Assembly: GCA_964567945.1 (NCBI GenBank)
Contig: CAZMOS010000002.1
Span: forward strand, 6,664-70,663
DNA length: 64,000 nucleotides
Direction: 5' to 3'
Source of the DNA: an uncultured Lentimicrobiaceae bacterium
Lineage (GTDB): Bacteria > Bacteroidota > Bacteroidia > Bacteroidales > F082
Positions 9,873 through 19,620 of the stretch are shown piece by piece. The stretch's first letter is position 1, and every line of letters begins with the position of its first letter. The position numbers and the translations under genes are program-made. The notes below the pieces were generated by a model. It saw only the letters and a program-made list of their open reading frames with translations, ran no database searches and was not told the origin of the DNA.

Positions 9873-11540
9873 ATGGCTGGATATAAGGAAACACCGCGGC
9901 AAAAGATGATCTCAATGATGTATCTTGTTTTGTACGCCCTGCTAGCATTAAACGTGTCAAAAGAAGTATTGAATGCTTTTATTGTCGTTAATGAATCAAT
10001 GGAAAGCGCCAATGTAAGTACTGCTGCCAAAATTAAAGATGCTTATGAAAAATTTCGTTTGCAAAACAAGCTTAACCCTGAAAAAGTTGGCCCCTATTTC
10101 AAACAGGCTGAAGTGATCAGGAATGAGGCCGAAAAAATGATAAAGTACATTGATTCCATTAAACTGGAACTGGTAAAAGTATCGGAACGCATGCCCATTG
10201 ATGAGATCATGCAAAAATATTATAAAGATACGATCATCAATGGTGAAAAGACCAAGTACCTCATGCTTGAAAAACTGGAGACTAAAGATAAATATGATGC
10301 GTCAACACACTTTATGGTCGGTACAGGCGACAAGATTGGAGTAGGCGAAGCTTATGTTTTGAGTAAAAAAATGGGTGAATACAGGGATTTGATCCTCAAA
10401 ACCATGAACCTTCCCGAAGACTCAAAAAAGGTTGGCCTGATAACCAATATGAAAGGTATTACTTACAGGGACAAGGATGGCCAAAAGCAGACGTGGGAGC
10501 AACATAATTTTTACTTTACCATTCTTGCGGCTGACATCACCATCCTAAACCGTATTATCGGAGAAGTGCAGACGGCAGAATACAATGCGATGAATTATTT
10601 ATACGGGTCCGTTTCGGAAACTGACTTTAAGTTCAATGAAGTGGCGGCCAAAGTCATCCCGAAAAGTACTTTTGTTCTGCAGGGACAGAAATACCAGGCC
10701 GATGTGCTGGTGGCTGCCTATGATAAAAAAACCGAAGTCACTATTAAAGTGCTCCCCGGCGCCGACACACTGACAGCCAAAAATGAGCCGCGCGCACAAG
10801 TCTTTAAAGGCCAGGCAGGATTGGGTAAACTAGAATTCCCCGCCACCAGGGTCGGGATTCAGAAATATGCAGGTGTCATCGAAATGATTGACCCCAAAAC
10901 CAACAAGCTGAAACCTTATCATTTCAAAGGTTCTTATATTGTTGCTCCTCCTGCACTAACGGTAGCTCCTCTGAAGATGAACGTGCTTTACATAGGTATT
11001 GACAACCCGGTTTCGATCTCTGCCCCCGGAATTCCGGATGAAAAGATCAAACCGACGATAGACCTTGGTGTTCTGAAAAAAGACACGGAAGGAAAAGACT
11101 GGATCGTCAGGATCAACAAAGTTCCTAAAGGTGTCCGGAAAGCTTTCGTCAGTGCAACTGCCAAAATACTGGGTAAGGAATTACCATTGGGAAAAGTGGA
11201 ATTCAGGGTAAAACGTGTACCCACACCTACCGCGCAGATTGCCGGCCAGTCTGATGGTCAGATAGATAAAAACCGCTTGCTGGCAGCAGGAGCCATTATC
11301 CCGAACATGAGGGATTTTGAATTTGAGGTTTATTACCAGGTAACGGGTTATACTTTTGGAACCATTATCAATGGCGATTATATACCGAAAAATGTAAAAG
11401 GAAACCGGTTTACCAAGGAAATCGTAAACATTATCAGAAACGGAAAACGTAAACAAAAATTCTTTTTTGATAATATCCGGGCAAAAGGGCCTGACGGTAC
11501 GATCAGGAGTCTTAACCCGATCAGTCTTGAGTTAAAATAA
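9873..11540 (+). CDS. gldM: Gliding motility / T9SS protein GldM (PorM)
   Basis: N-terminus ETPRQKMISMMYLVLYALLALNVSKEVLNAF (single TM helix, GldM signature) with a long periplasmic region. Operon position fits. Confidence 0.92.
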   Translation: MAGYKETPRQKMISMMYLVLYALLALNVSKEVLNAFIVVNESMESANVSTAAKIKDAYEKFRLQNKLNPEKVGPYFKQAEVIRNEAEKMIKYIDSIKLELVKVSERMPIDEIMQKYYKDTIINGEKTKYLMLEKLETKDKYDASTHFMVGTGDKIGVGEAYVLSKKMGEYRDLILKTMNLPEDSKKVGLITNMKGITYRDKDGQKQTWEQHNFYFTILAADITILNRIIGEVQTAEYNAMNYLYGSVSETDFKFNEVAAKVIPKSTFVLQGQKYQADVLVAAYDKKTEVTIKVLPGADTLTAKNEPRAQVFKGQAGLGKLEFPATRVGIQKYAGVIEMIDPKTNKLKPYHFKGSYIVAPPALTVAPLKMNVLYIGIDNPVSISAPGIPDEKIKPTIDLGVLKKDTEGKDWIVRINKVPKGVRKAFVSATAKILGKELPLGKVEFRVKRVPTPTAQIAGQSDGQIDKNRLLAAGAIIPNMRDFEFEVYYQVTGYTFGTIINGDYIPKNVKGNRFTKEIVNIIRNGKRKQKFFFDNIRAKGPDGTIRSLNPISLELK

Positions 11541-11558
11541 TTTTAAAAACAAAAGATA

Positions 11559-12401
11559 ATGAAAAGATTGTTTTTTGCCGTTTTTATTCTCACTTTGGGT
11601 TTCACACCTAACCTGAAAGCCCAAATTGTGGACGAATCACCTTCGGACAGATTATACGCTGAAGACGAAACGACTTTTGCCAAGCCGGTACCCTATCCCT
11701 ATATTCGTAAGGCCGACGTGATGTGGTCAAAAAGAATATGGAGGGAAATCGACTTCAGGCAAAAATTTAATCAAAAGTTTTATTTCCCGACCGATCCGCA
11801 GGAACGCTGGAAATCATTCATAATTGTAGTTCTCGATGCACTGAAAGAAGGCAAAATTACCGCTTATGACATTTCCAGCACTGATGAATTGCTCGTACCC
11901 ATAACTTACAGTGAAATTATCGCAAGGCAAACCGACTCGAGTTATCAGATAATGCAACGGCCTTATCCTCCTTATGAAGAATATGATACGGTAATCTTTA
12001 CCGAATTTGATCCGACAAAGGTGATGCGGCTGAGGATCAAAGAAGACTGGTACTTTGACAACGAACGCTCTCAAATGTTGGTACGAATCCAGGCACTGTG
12101 TCCGGTAATAATAAAAGAACGTAACGGAGAGGAGGTTACCGAACCTTTATTCTGGATATCTTATCCCGAATCGCGTGAGGTTTTTGCCAACGCCCTTGTT
12201 TTTAATGAATTCAATTCGGCGGCACGGCTGACTTATGACGACCTGTTCTGGAAACGCCTCTTTGAGAGTTACATTTATAAAGAGCAAAATGTTTTCGACC
12301 GTCGTATTGCACAATATGCAACCGGAGTGGATGCCCTGCTTGAGGCTGACAGAATCAAAAACGAAATGTTCAGGTTTGAAGAAAGCTTGTGGCAATATTA
12401 A
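11559..12401 (+). CDS. gldN: Gliding motility / T9SS periplasmic protein GldN (PorN)
   Basis: Signal peptide plus the MWSKRIWREIDFRQKFNQKFYFP motif typical of GldN. Last gene of the operon. Confidence 0.9.
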   Translation: MKRLFFAVFILTLGFTPNLKAQIVDESPSDRLYAEDETTFAKPVPYPYIRKADVMWSKRIWREIDFRQKFNQKFYFPTDPQERWKSFIIVVLDALKEGKITAYDISSTDELLVPITYSEIIARQTDSSYQIMQRPYPPYEEYDTVIFTEFDPTKVMRLRIKEDWYFDNERSQMLVRIQALCPVIIKERNGEEVTEPLFWISYPESREVFANALVFNEFNSAARLTYDDLFWKRLFESYIYKEQNVFDRRIAQYATGVDALLEADRIKNEMFRFEESLWQY

Positions 12402-12423
12402 TTTTGTTCTGAAAAAAATTTTA

Positions 12424-12457
12424 AAAACTCTCCCTGTTTTCGGAGAGTTTTTTTTAC
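12424..12457 (+). terminator. Rho-independent terminator of the gld operon
   Basis: AAAACTCTCC-ctgttttc-GGAGAGTTTT followed by a T-run. Confidence 0.8.
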
Positions 12458-12462
12458 CCACT

Positions 12463-13004
12463 CCCCTGCTTTAAGCATCCTTGAAGATTGACCGCGGAAT
12501 TCATTCCCCGGCTCAACGGGGCAAGCCTTTTGGGTCGAAGCAGGCCTGCGCGTAGAGACCCGAAAGGTTAATTGAGGATCCATTCCACGGCACCAATACC
12601 CTACCTCAAAAGAGTGGTTGTCGGGGGACACTAACAGCGGGGTAGAGGTTGACCGTACCGACAGCTTCAGCTGCCGAACCCATAAGAACAGGAAAACCCC
12701 GGAGATCGGTGGCTAAAGCCACCGGTACCATACTTTCCCCTTTGCTTCAAGCTTCCCTTTAAGATTGGCCGCAGAATAAAGAGATCAGAAAAGAGGAAGG
12801 TGCAGAGCACCGAAAATATTTATAGAAACAAGAAACAAGTAAAAGGAAAAGAAAGGTACGGAGTACCGTAATATTTTTTTAGCATTTTATCACATGTTCG
12901 AAACGGAATTTTGGTGTGGACACCAACGGCGGAGTAAAGTTTATACTTTCGACCTGCTGGGAATAAATCTACCCGGCGGGTCGGGGTTACCCCCTTGCTT
13001 CAAG
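12463..13004. repeat. Composite array of short hairpin modules, with a head motif CCCCT(TT)GCTT(C/T)AAG recurring three times
   Basis: The head motif occurs at 12463, 12737 and 12991. The first two copies extend to ...AAGATTG(A/G)CCGC(G/A)G. Perfect small hairpins include CGGTGGC-taaa-GCCACCG (12707-12724), GGTGC-aga-GCACC (12799-12811) and GGTAC-gga-GTACC (12855-12867). No credible ORF. Confidence 0.7.
12518..12567 (+). repeat. Intergenic repeat family B, copy 1
   Basis: GGGGCAAGCCTTTTGGGTCGAAGCAGGCCTGCGCGTAGAGACCCGAAAGG is roughly 80 percent identical by eye to 26682-26733. Confidence 0.65.
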
Positions 13005-13031
13005 TGGACATAAAGCTTCACACTGTTTTAT

Positions 13032-13039
13032 TACTTTTG
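13032..13039 (+). promoter_or_regulatory. -7 box TACTTTTG (recG promoter)
   Basis: TAnnTTTG match 20 nt upstream of the ATG at 13059. Confidence 0.5.
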
Positions 13040-13058
13040 CAATCTCATCCGGAAGATT

Positions 13059-15161
13059 ATGCAGAATATTTTTGAAACCCCCATCACTTACCTGAAAGGC
13101 GTAGGCCCGAAAAAAGCCGAAGTGCTTGAAAAAGAACTGGGGATAAAAACTTTCAACGACCTGCTGTATTATTTCCCTTTCAGATACATTGACAAAAGCC
13201 GTATTTACAAGGTCAAAGAGGTCACTACCGACAGCACCTATTTTCAGTTAAAAGGGAAAATATCCAATATGAGGATTGTCGGCGAAAAAAGGATGAAATA
13301 CATCACTGCCGTTTTTAGTGATGACACCGGAAGCATCGAGCTGGTCTGGTTCAAGGGGTTGAGATGGATCAAGGACCGCTTTAAGCCGGATAAAGAATAC
13401 CTTGTATTCGGAAAACCCTCTGCCTTTAAAAATCATTTCAACTTTGTCCACCCCGAAGTGGAAGACTACACAGGTGAGGAAGAAGTGGTAGGCCAGCGCC
13501 TCGAAGGCGTTTACAGCTCTACCGAGCGGCTGAAAAACAGTGGCCTGGGAACGCGGGGCATCAGCAAGCTGACACGCCGGCTGCTGAATCAGGTGGCCGA
13601 CGATATCCGTGAGATCCTGCCGGATTATATTTTAAAAGCCTATCATCTGATTGACAGAAAAACAGCGCTGCTGAATATCCATTTTCCCGAAAATCCGAAA
13701 ATAATAGAACAGGCCACCCGCCGGCTTAAGTTTGATGAACTTTTCTTCCTTCAGTTGCAACTTATCACGGGAAAGATCACTTTAAAAGAAAAGATCAAAG
13801 GCCATTTGTTTTCAAAAGTCGGCGAAAATCTGAACACGTTTTACAAAAAATACCTGCCCTTTGAGCTGACCAATGCCCAGAAAAGAGTGATCAGGGAAAT
13901 CCGTACCGATATGGGTTCGGGAAGACAGATGAACCGCCTGTTGCAGGGAGATGTGGGCAGTGGCAAAACCGTGGTGGCTTTGATGAGCGCTCTGATCGCC
14001 ATTGACAACGGATTCCAGGCCTGCCTGATGGCGCCCACCGAAATTTTGGCTACCCAGCATTTTAATAACATCCGGCAACTGCTGGACGGGATGGACATTA
14101 ACATCGCTTTGCTCACCGGTTCGACCAAACAGGCCGATCGGAAGATCATTCACGAGAACCTGCTCACCGGCGACCTCCACCTGCTGGTGGGCACACACGC
14201 CCTGATCGAAGAAACCGTGACTTTTAAAAAACTGGGATTTGTGATCATTGACGAACAGCACCGTTTCGGCGTTGAACAGCGTGCCCGCCTGTGGAAAAAA
14301 AACGTGAACCCGCCCCATGTGCTGGTCATGACGGCAACGCCAATCCCCCGCACACTGGCCATGACGGTTTACGGAAATCTGGATGTTTCTGTTATTGATG
14401 AAATGCCGCCCGGAAGAAAACCGGTGAAGACCATGTTGTTTTTTGAATCAAAAAGGCTGCGTGTCATCGGTTTCATTCGTGACCAGATAAAAAAAGGAAG
14501 GCAGGTTTACATTGTTTACCCGCTGATCAGGGAATCGGAAAAGATGGACCTGAAAAACCTGATGGACGGGTTTGAATACCTGCAGCGCGAATTTCAATTG
14601 CCTGAATACCGGGTGAGCGTACTGCACGGAAGAATGAAAACCGAAGACAAAGAATACGAGATGAAACGGTTCGTGGAAGGCAAAACACAGATCATGGTTT
14701 CCACTACCGTCATTGAGGTGGGCGTGGACGTGCCCAATGCTTCGGTGATGATCATCGAAAATGCGGAACGTTTCGGGTTGTCACAGCTTCACCAGCTCAG
14801 GGGACGCGTGGGAAGAGGAGCCGAACAGTCTTATTGTATCCTGATGGCGGGCGATAAAATCTCAAATGAAGGAAGGAAACGGCTCGAGACCATGGTGCGC
14901 ACCAACGACGGCTTTGAGATTGCCGAAGCCGACCTGCAACTGCGGGGGCCCGGAGATATTGAAGGCACACGGCAATCCGGGATGCTGAACTTTAAAATTG
15001 CCAACCTGGCACGCGACAACGAACTGATCGTCCAGACACGCAAACTGGCTGAAAAAATCCTTGAAAAAGACCCGAAACTGGAATTGCCAGTCAATCAATT
15101 GCTCAACACCGAACTCCACAAATTGCGCCGCGAAAAACACCAGTGGGCCAGGATTTCCTGA
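13059..15161 (+). CDS. recG: ATP-dependent DNA helicase RecG
   Basis: 700 aa with an N-terminal wedge/OB region. Helicase motifs are present: GDVGSGKT (Walker A), DEQHRFG (DEAH-type), TATPIPRT and HQLRGRVGRG. Confidence 0.95.
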   Translation: MQNIFETPITYLKGVGPKKAEVLEKELGIKTFNDLLYYFPFRYIDKSRIYKVKEVTTDSTYFQLKGKISNMRIVGEKRMKYITAVFSDDTGSIELVWFKGLRWIKDRFKPDKEYLVFGKPSAFKNHFNFVHPEVEDYTGEEEVVGQRLEGVYSSTERLKNSGLGTRGISKLTRRLLNQVADDIREILPDYILKAYHLIDRKTALLNIHFPENPKIIEQATRRLKFDELFFLQLQLITGKITLKEKIKGHLFSKVGENLNTFYKKYLPFELTNAQKRVIREIRTDMGSGRQMNRLLQGDVGSGKTVVALMSALIAIDNGFQACLMAPTEILATQHFNNIRQLLDGMDINIALLTGSTKQADRKIIHENLLTGDLHLLVGTHALIEETVTFKKLGFVIIDEQHRFGVEQRARLWKKNVNPPHVLVMTATPIPRTLAMTVYGNLDVSVIDEMPPGRKPVKTMLFFESKRLRVIGFIRDQIKKGRQVYIVYPLIRESEKMDLKNLMDGFEYLQREFQLPEYRVSVLHGRMKTEDKEYEMKRFVEGKTQIMVSTTVIEVGVDVPNASVMIIENAERFGLSQLHQLRGRVGRGAEQSYCILMAGDKISNEGRKRLETMVRTNDGFEIAEADLQLRGPGDIEGTRQSGMLNFKIANLARDNELIVQTRKLAEKILEKDPKLELPVNQLLNTELHKLRREKHQWARIS

Positions 15162-15337
15162 TACAATACAAATTGAGTGATTCCAATAGAAAATTTTTTT
15201 ATTTCGGAAATAAAATATTTACCATAACATCCAAAATCTAAAAACTTACAAAGGAATGCCCTTATCAAAAAATATCAAATCCAAAAATCCTTATATTTCT
15301 TTACTTTTACACTCCATTAATTGAAAATACTAAATAC

Positions 15338-17797
15338 ATGAAATTGTCATATAACTGGTTGAAACAATACGTTGACATTGATGTGGACCCGCTGGAATTG
15401 TCGGACATTTTGACAAACATCGGACTGGAAGTGGAAGGCCTTGAGAAGTTTCAGTCGGTCAAAGGAGGATTTCAGGGCGTAGTGATCGGGAAAGTGCTGA
15501 CTTGTGAAAAACATCCCGATGCCGATAAATTAAGCGTTACCACTGTGGATGTGGGCGACGGAAAGGTGCTGCCCATCGTTTGCGGCGCACCCAATGTGGC
15601 TGCCGGGCAAATCGTTCCAGTTGCTACTGTCGGCACCGTCCTGTATTCGGAGGAGGAGTCTTTCACCATCAAAAAAGCCAAAATACGCGGTGAGATATCC
15701 GAAGGGATGATCTGTTCCGAAGACGAACTGGGGCTGGGAACAAGTCACGAGGGAATTATGGTTCTGCCTGATAAACTTCAGCCCGGAACACCTGCCCGCG
15801 AATTTTTCAACATCGAAGAAGATCACGTTTACGAGATCGGGCTGACCCCCAACCGTGCCGATGCAGCTTCTCATATCGGTTCGGCAAGGGATGTGGCTGC
15901 CGGATTGAACCGGCTAAAAAACACCCGTTCGTACAAACTGCATCTTCCGGACGTGAGCGGTTTTACCGTGGATGACCATTCGCTGGATATTGATGTTATC
16001 GTGGAAGACACAATGGCCTGCCCCCGGTATTCGGGAGTCACCATTTCGGGCGTAAAAGTGGAAGAATCCCCCGAATGGCTGAAAAACCGCCTCAATGCCA
16101 TCGGCCTGCGACCCATCAATAACATCGTGGATATCACCAATTACATCCTGCACGAAACCGGGCAGCCTCTCCACCCTTTCGATGCCGACAAGATCAAAGG
16201 CAACAAGGTGGTTGTGAAAAAAATGCCGGAAGGCACCCAATTCGTTACTCTGGACGGTATTGAGCGAAAGCTTGATATTGATGACCTGATGATCTGCAAT
16301 GCGGAAGAGGGCATGTGTATCGGCGGCGTTTTCGGCGGACTGGATTCGGGAGTAACCGAACAGACCACTAACATTTTCCTTGAAAGCGCTTATTTCGATC
16401 CGTCCCACATTCGCAAAACCTCAAGGCGTCACGGATTGCAAACCGATGCTTCTTTCCGTTTCGAACGGGGTACCGATCCCGAAATGACTATTTACGCCCT
16501 GAAACGTGCAGCCATGCTGTTCAAAGAAATCGCGGGCGGTAAAATTTCTTCGGAGATCAAGGATGTCTATCCCGAAAAAATTGAAAAATGGACGGCGGAC
16601 ATCACTTATAAAAATGTTGACCGCCTCATCGGAAAAGTCATCGAGAGGAACATCATCAAAGATATCCTCGCCGACCTTGAGATTGAAGTTCTGGAAGAAA
16701 CCGGCGAAGGGATGAAGCTGCTGATCCCCACATTCAAGGTGGACGTCAAACGCGAAGCCGATGTCATTGAGGAGATACTCCGTGTGTATGGATACAACAA
16801 TGTGGAGTTTGAAGACAAAATTGACGCTTCGGTAAGCTACCGCAAAAAACCGGATCCGGAGAAAGTACAAAATCTGATCTCCGATCAACTGACGGCCCAG
16901 GGTTTTGTGGAAATGATCAACAACTCGCTGACCCGTTCGGCCTATTACACCGAAAACGAAGATTTTGACGAAAACAAAAGCGTCACGCTGCTCAACCCGC
17001 TGAGCAGGGACCTGGATGTTTTACGCCAGTCATTATTGTTCGGCGGCCTTGAAGTGGTAAGCTACAACATTAACCACAAAATAGCCGATCAGAAACTTTA
17101 CGAATTCGGGAAAATTTACAGCAAAGACCCCTCGAAAGACAAAAAGCCAGGATTGAAAAAATACAGTGAGGAAAAACATCTCTTCCTTTTCGCGACTGGT
17201 AATATTACTCCTGAAAACTGGAATAACGACAAACGGAAAGTGGATTTTTATTTCCTGAAAAGTGTTGTCGAAGGAATTTTCGGCAAACTGGGAATTAACC
17301 GAAGCAGTATGAGTATCCGGGAAACTGTTTCCAATAATTATAGTTACGGTCTGGAATACCTAAAAGACAATATCACGGTAGCCACGATCACTGCTTTAAG
17401 CAAAACGGTCCTGCGCCGGTTTGATATTGAGCAGGACGTGTTCATGGCTGACCTGAACTGGGAGAAGGTGATGAATTTGCATGCCAAAAATGAAACGCTT
17501 TATACTCCGGTTTCCAAATATCCTTCTGTACGCCGAGACCTGGCTCTGCTTGTGGACAAATCGGTTCATTTTGACGAGATGGAAAAACTGGCTTTTGATG
17601 CCGAAAGAAAAATTTTAAAGAAAGTGGGCCTTTTTGACGTTTATGAAGGAGACAAAATCCCGGAAGGAAAAAAATCATACGCTCTGTCATTCATCCTGCA
17701 GGATGAAGGAAAAACCCTTACCGACAAGGTGATTGACAAGACGATGAACCGTATCAGGCTGGCCTTTGAGCAAAAGCTGAATGCGGAATTGCGTTAA
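15338..17797 (+). CDS. pheT: Phenylalanine--tRNA ligase beta subunit
   Basis: 819 aa starting MKLSYNWLKQYV. It has the tRNA-binding (EMAP/OB) domain CEKHPDADKLSVTTVDVG plus B3/4, B5 and C-terminal anticodon-binding-like domains. Confidence 0.95.
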   Translation: MKLSYNWLKQYVDIDVDPLELSDILTNIGLEVEGLEKFQSVKGGFQGVVIGKVLTCEKHPDADKLSVTTVDVGDGKVLPIVCGAPNVAAGQIVPVATVGTVLYSEEESFTIKKAKIRGEISEGMICSEDELGLGTSHEGIMVLPDKLQPGTPAREFFNIEEDHVYEIGLTPNRADAASHIGSARDVAAGLNRLKNTRSYKLHLPDVSGFTVDDHSLDIDVIVEDTMACPRYSGVTISGVKVEESPEWLKNRLNAIGLRPINNIVDITNYILHETGQPLHPFDADKIKGNKVVVKKMPEGTQFVTLDGIERKLDIDDLMICNAEEGMCIGGVFGGLDSGVTEQTTNIFLESAYFDPSHIRKTSRRHGLQTDASFRFERGTDPEMTIYALKRAAMLFKEIAGGKISSEIKDVYPEKIEKWTADITYKNVDRLIGKVIERNIIKDILADLEIEVLEETGEGMKLLIPTFKVDVKREADVIEEILRVYGYNNVEFEDKIDASVSYRKKPDPEKVQNLISDQLTAQGFVEMINNSLTRSAYYTENEDFDENKSVTLLNPLSRDLDVLRQSLLFGGLEVVSYNINHKIADQKLYEFGKIYSKDPSKDKKPGLKKYSEEKHLFLFATGNITPENWNNDKRKVDFYFLKSVVEGIFGKLGINRSSMSIRETVSNNYSYGLEYLKDNITVATITALSKTVLRRFDIEQDVFMADLNWEKVMNLHAKNETLYTPVSKYPSVRRDLALLVDKSVHFDEMEKLAFDAERKILKKVGLFDVYEGDKIPEGKKSYALSFILQDEGKTLTDKVIDKTMNRIRLAFEQKLNAELR

Positions 17798-17853
17798 CTT
17801 TTTCGGTTTTGTGATTAATTACTAATTTTAAAAACTGTTTTACAATCTGATTT

Positions 17854-19077
17854 ATGGAGCTTCAAACAATAAAGCAACGGTTCGGGATCATCGGCAATTC
17901 ACCCATGCTGAACAGGGCGCTTGAAGTGGCCGTCCAGGTGGCTGCCACTGACCTTACCGTATTGATAACGGGTGAGAGTGGTGTGGGAAAAGAAGTCTTC
18001 CCCAAAATCATCCATCAGATGAGTTCCAGAAAACACAATAATTACATTGCCGTTAACTGTGGCGCCATCCCTGAGGGGACGATAGATTCCGAGCTGTTCG
18101 GACACGAAAAGGGGTCCTTCACCGGGGCACATGAAGCCAGGAAAGGATATTTTGAAGTTGCCGACGGAGGGACTATCTTTCTGGATGAAATAGCCGAGTT
18201 GCCGCTGTCCACACAGGTACGGCTTTTAAGGGTTCTGGAATCAGGGGAGTTCATGAAGGTGGGTTCTTCCAGGGTGATCAAAACAGATGTCCGGGTGGTA
18301 GCAGCCAGTAATGTGAACATCCCGAATGCCATCGAAAAGGGAAACTTCCGGCAGGATTTGTTTTACCGGTTGAATACGGTTCCTATTTTCATTCCGCCGC
18401 TGCGGCACCGCAAAGAAGATATTCATTTGCTGTTCAGAAAATTTGCTGCCGATTTTGCCGAAAAATACCGTATGCCTCCAATACGCCTCACTCCCGATGC
18501 AATTAAAATGATCGAGAATTATTACTGGCCGGGAAATATTCGTCAACTCAAAAACGTTACCGAGCAAATCTCAATCATCGAGAAAAACAAAGAAATTGAT
18601 GTGACTACGCTGAAACAATACCTGCCCGGAAATGAAACTCGTGAACTTCCCGTCCTTTATCAAAAGAAAGAAGAGCAACATATTTCGGAACGGGAATTGC
18701 TTTATAAAGTGCTGTTTGAGATGAAAAAAGACATGACGGAATTAAAGAAAATAGTAGCCTCCCTCATGGAACAAGCTGAGCATAAACCTACTGCCGAGCA
18801 GACCAAAGCCTTACTGGTAAAAGATTATCCGGATACTGTTCTGAAAGACCATTCAGAATATCCTGAAATCAAAATCACACATCCCGGACAGGGTGAAGAA
18901 GACGCTTTTCATCCTACCGAAGTTGTGGAAGAATCGCTCTCACTCCAGGAAAAGGAAAATGAACTCATAAAAAAAGCGCTGGAGAAACATCATGGAAAAA
19001 GAAAAAGTGCCGCTAAGGAGCTGGGCATTTCAGAACGCACGCTTTACAGGAAAATCAAAGAATACAATATCAAGTGA
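17854..19077 (+). CDS. Sigma-54-dependent transcriptional activator (AAA+ EBP) lacking an N-terminal sensor/receiver domain
   Basis: The protein starts directly with the AAA+ module. It carries GESGVGKE (Walker A), the GSFTGA sigma-54 contact loop, FLDEI (Walker B) and a C-terminal Fis-type HTH (KSAAKELGISERTLYRKIKEY). Confidence 0.9.
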   Translation: MELQTIKQRFGIIGNSPMLNRALEVAVQVAATDLTVLITGESGVGKEVFPKIIHQMSSRKHNNYIAVNCGAIPEGTIDSELFGHEKGSFTGAHEARKGYFEVADGGTIFLDEIAELPLSTQVRLLRVLESGEFMKVGSSRVIKTDVRVVAASNVNIPNAIEKGNFRQDLFYRLNTVPIFIPPLRHRKEDIHLLFRKFAADFAEKYRMPPIRLTPDAIKMIENYYWPGNIRQLKNVTEQISIIEKNKEIDVTTLKQYLPGNETRELPVLYQKKEEQHISERELLYKVLFEMKKDMTELKKIVASLMEQAEHKPTAEQTKALLVKDYPDTVLKDHSEYPEIKITHPGQGEEDAFHPTEVVEESLSLQEKENELIKKALEKHHGKRKSAAKELGISERTLYRKIKEYNIK

Positions 19078-19607
19078 TGAACCTGAATAACAACCGGCAT
19101 ATTGCGGGAAACATTTTTTTTGCATTAGTCATCTTTCTGCAATTTCTGTCCGAAGGATGCGGTGTGTATTCTTTTACCGGGGCTTCCATCCCTCCTGAAG
19201 CAAAAACCGTTTCGGTGGCTTACTTCCAAAACAGGGCTCCTTTGATCCAGCCTCTGTTAAGCCCTACTTTTACTGATATGTTAACAGATAGATTTACAAA
19301 TGAAGGGAACCTGGATATGGTTGAAACCAATGGTGACCTCGCCCTTGATGGTGAAATTATTGACTACAAAACCACTCCCGTTGCCATACAGGGAAATCAA
19401 ACAGCCGCTCTCAACCGCCTGACAATTACTGTAAATGTCAGATTTGTCAATAAATTTGAACCCGATAAAAATTTTGAACAGAAATTTACCGAGTTTCTCG
19501 ATTATCCTTCTGATGCCGACCTGAACAGTATCAGCGGTGACCTGATTGTGAGAATCAGCGAAATTCTGGTAACAGACATTTTTAACAAAGCCGTAGTCAA
19601 CTGGTAA
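19074..19607 (+). CDS. lptE: LptE-family lipoprotein (LPS assembly)
   Basis: Lipobox-like SEGC, then GVYSFTGASIPPEAKTVSVAYFQNRAP, which is characteristic of Bacteroidota LptE-like proteins. There is a 4-nt ATGA overlap with the upstream activator gene. Confidence 0.7.
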   Translation: MMNLNNNRHIAGNIFFALVIFLQFLSEGCGVYSFTGASIPPEAKTVSVAYFQNRAPLIQPLLSPTFTDMLTDRFTNEGNLDMVETNGDLALDGEIIDYKTTPVAIQGNQTAALNRLTITVNVRFVNKFEPDKNFEQKFTEFLDYPSDADLNSISGDLIVRISEILVTDIFNKAVVNW

Positions 19608-19620
19608 TTAATGTTTTTCG

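Noticed and set aside
12458-13040. Possible RNase P RNA, tmRNA or another large housekeeping RNA in the 570-bp spacer
   Set aside because: Fragments such as GAGGAAGGTGCAGAGCACC vaguely recall RNase P words. However, neither strand carries the universally conserved GGAAAGTCCGG or ACAGAA-CCGGCTTA elements, nor a tmRNA tRNA-like 3' end (GGTTCGA.TCC...CCA). The region is better explained as concatenated hairpin repeats.
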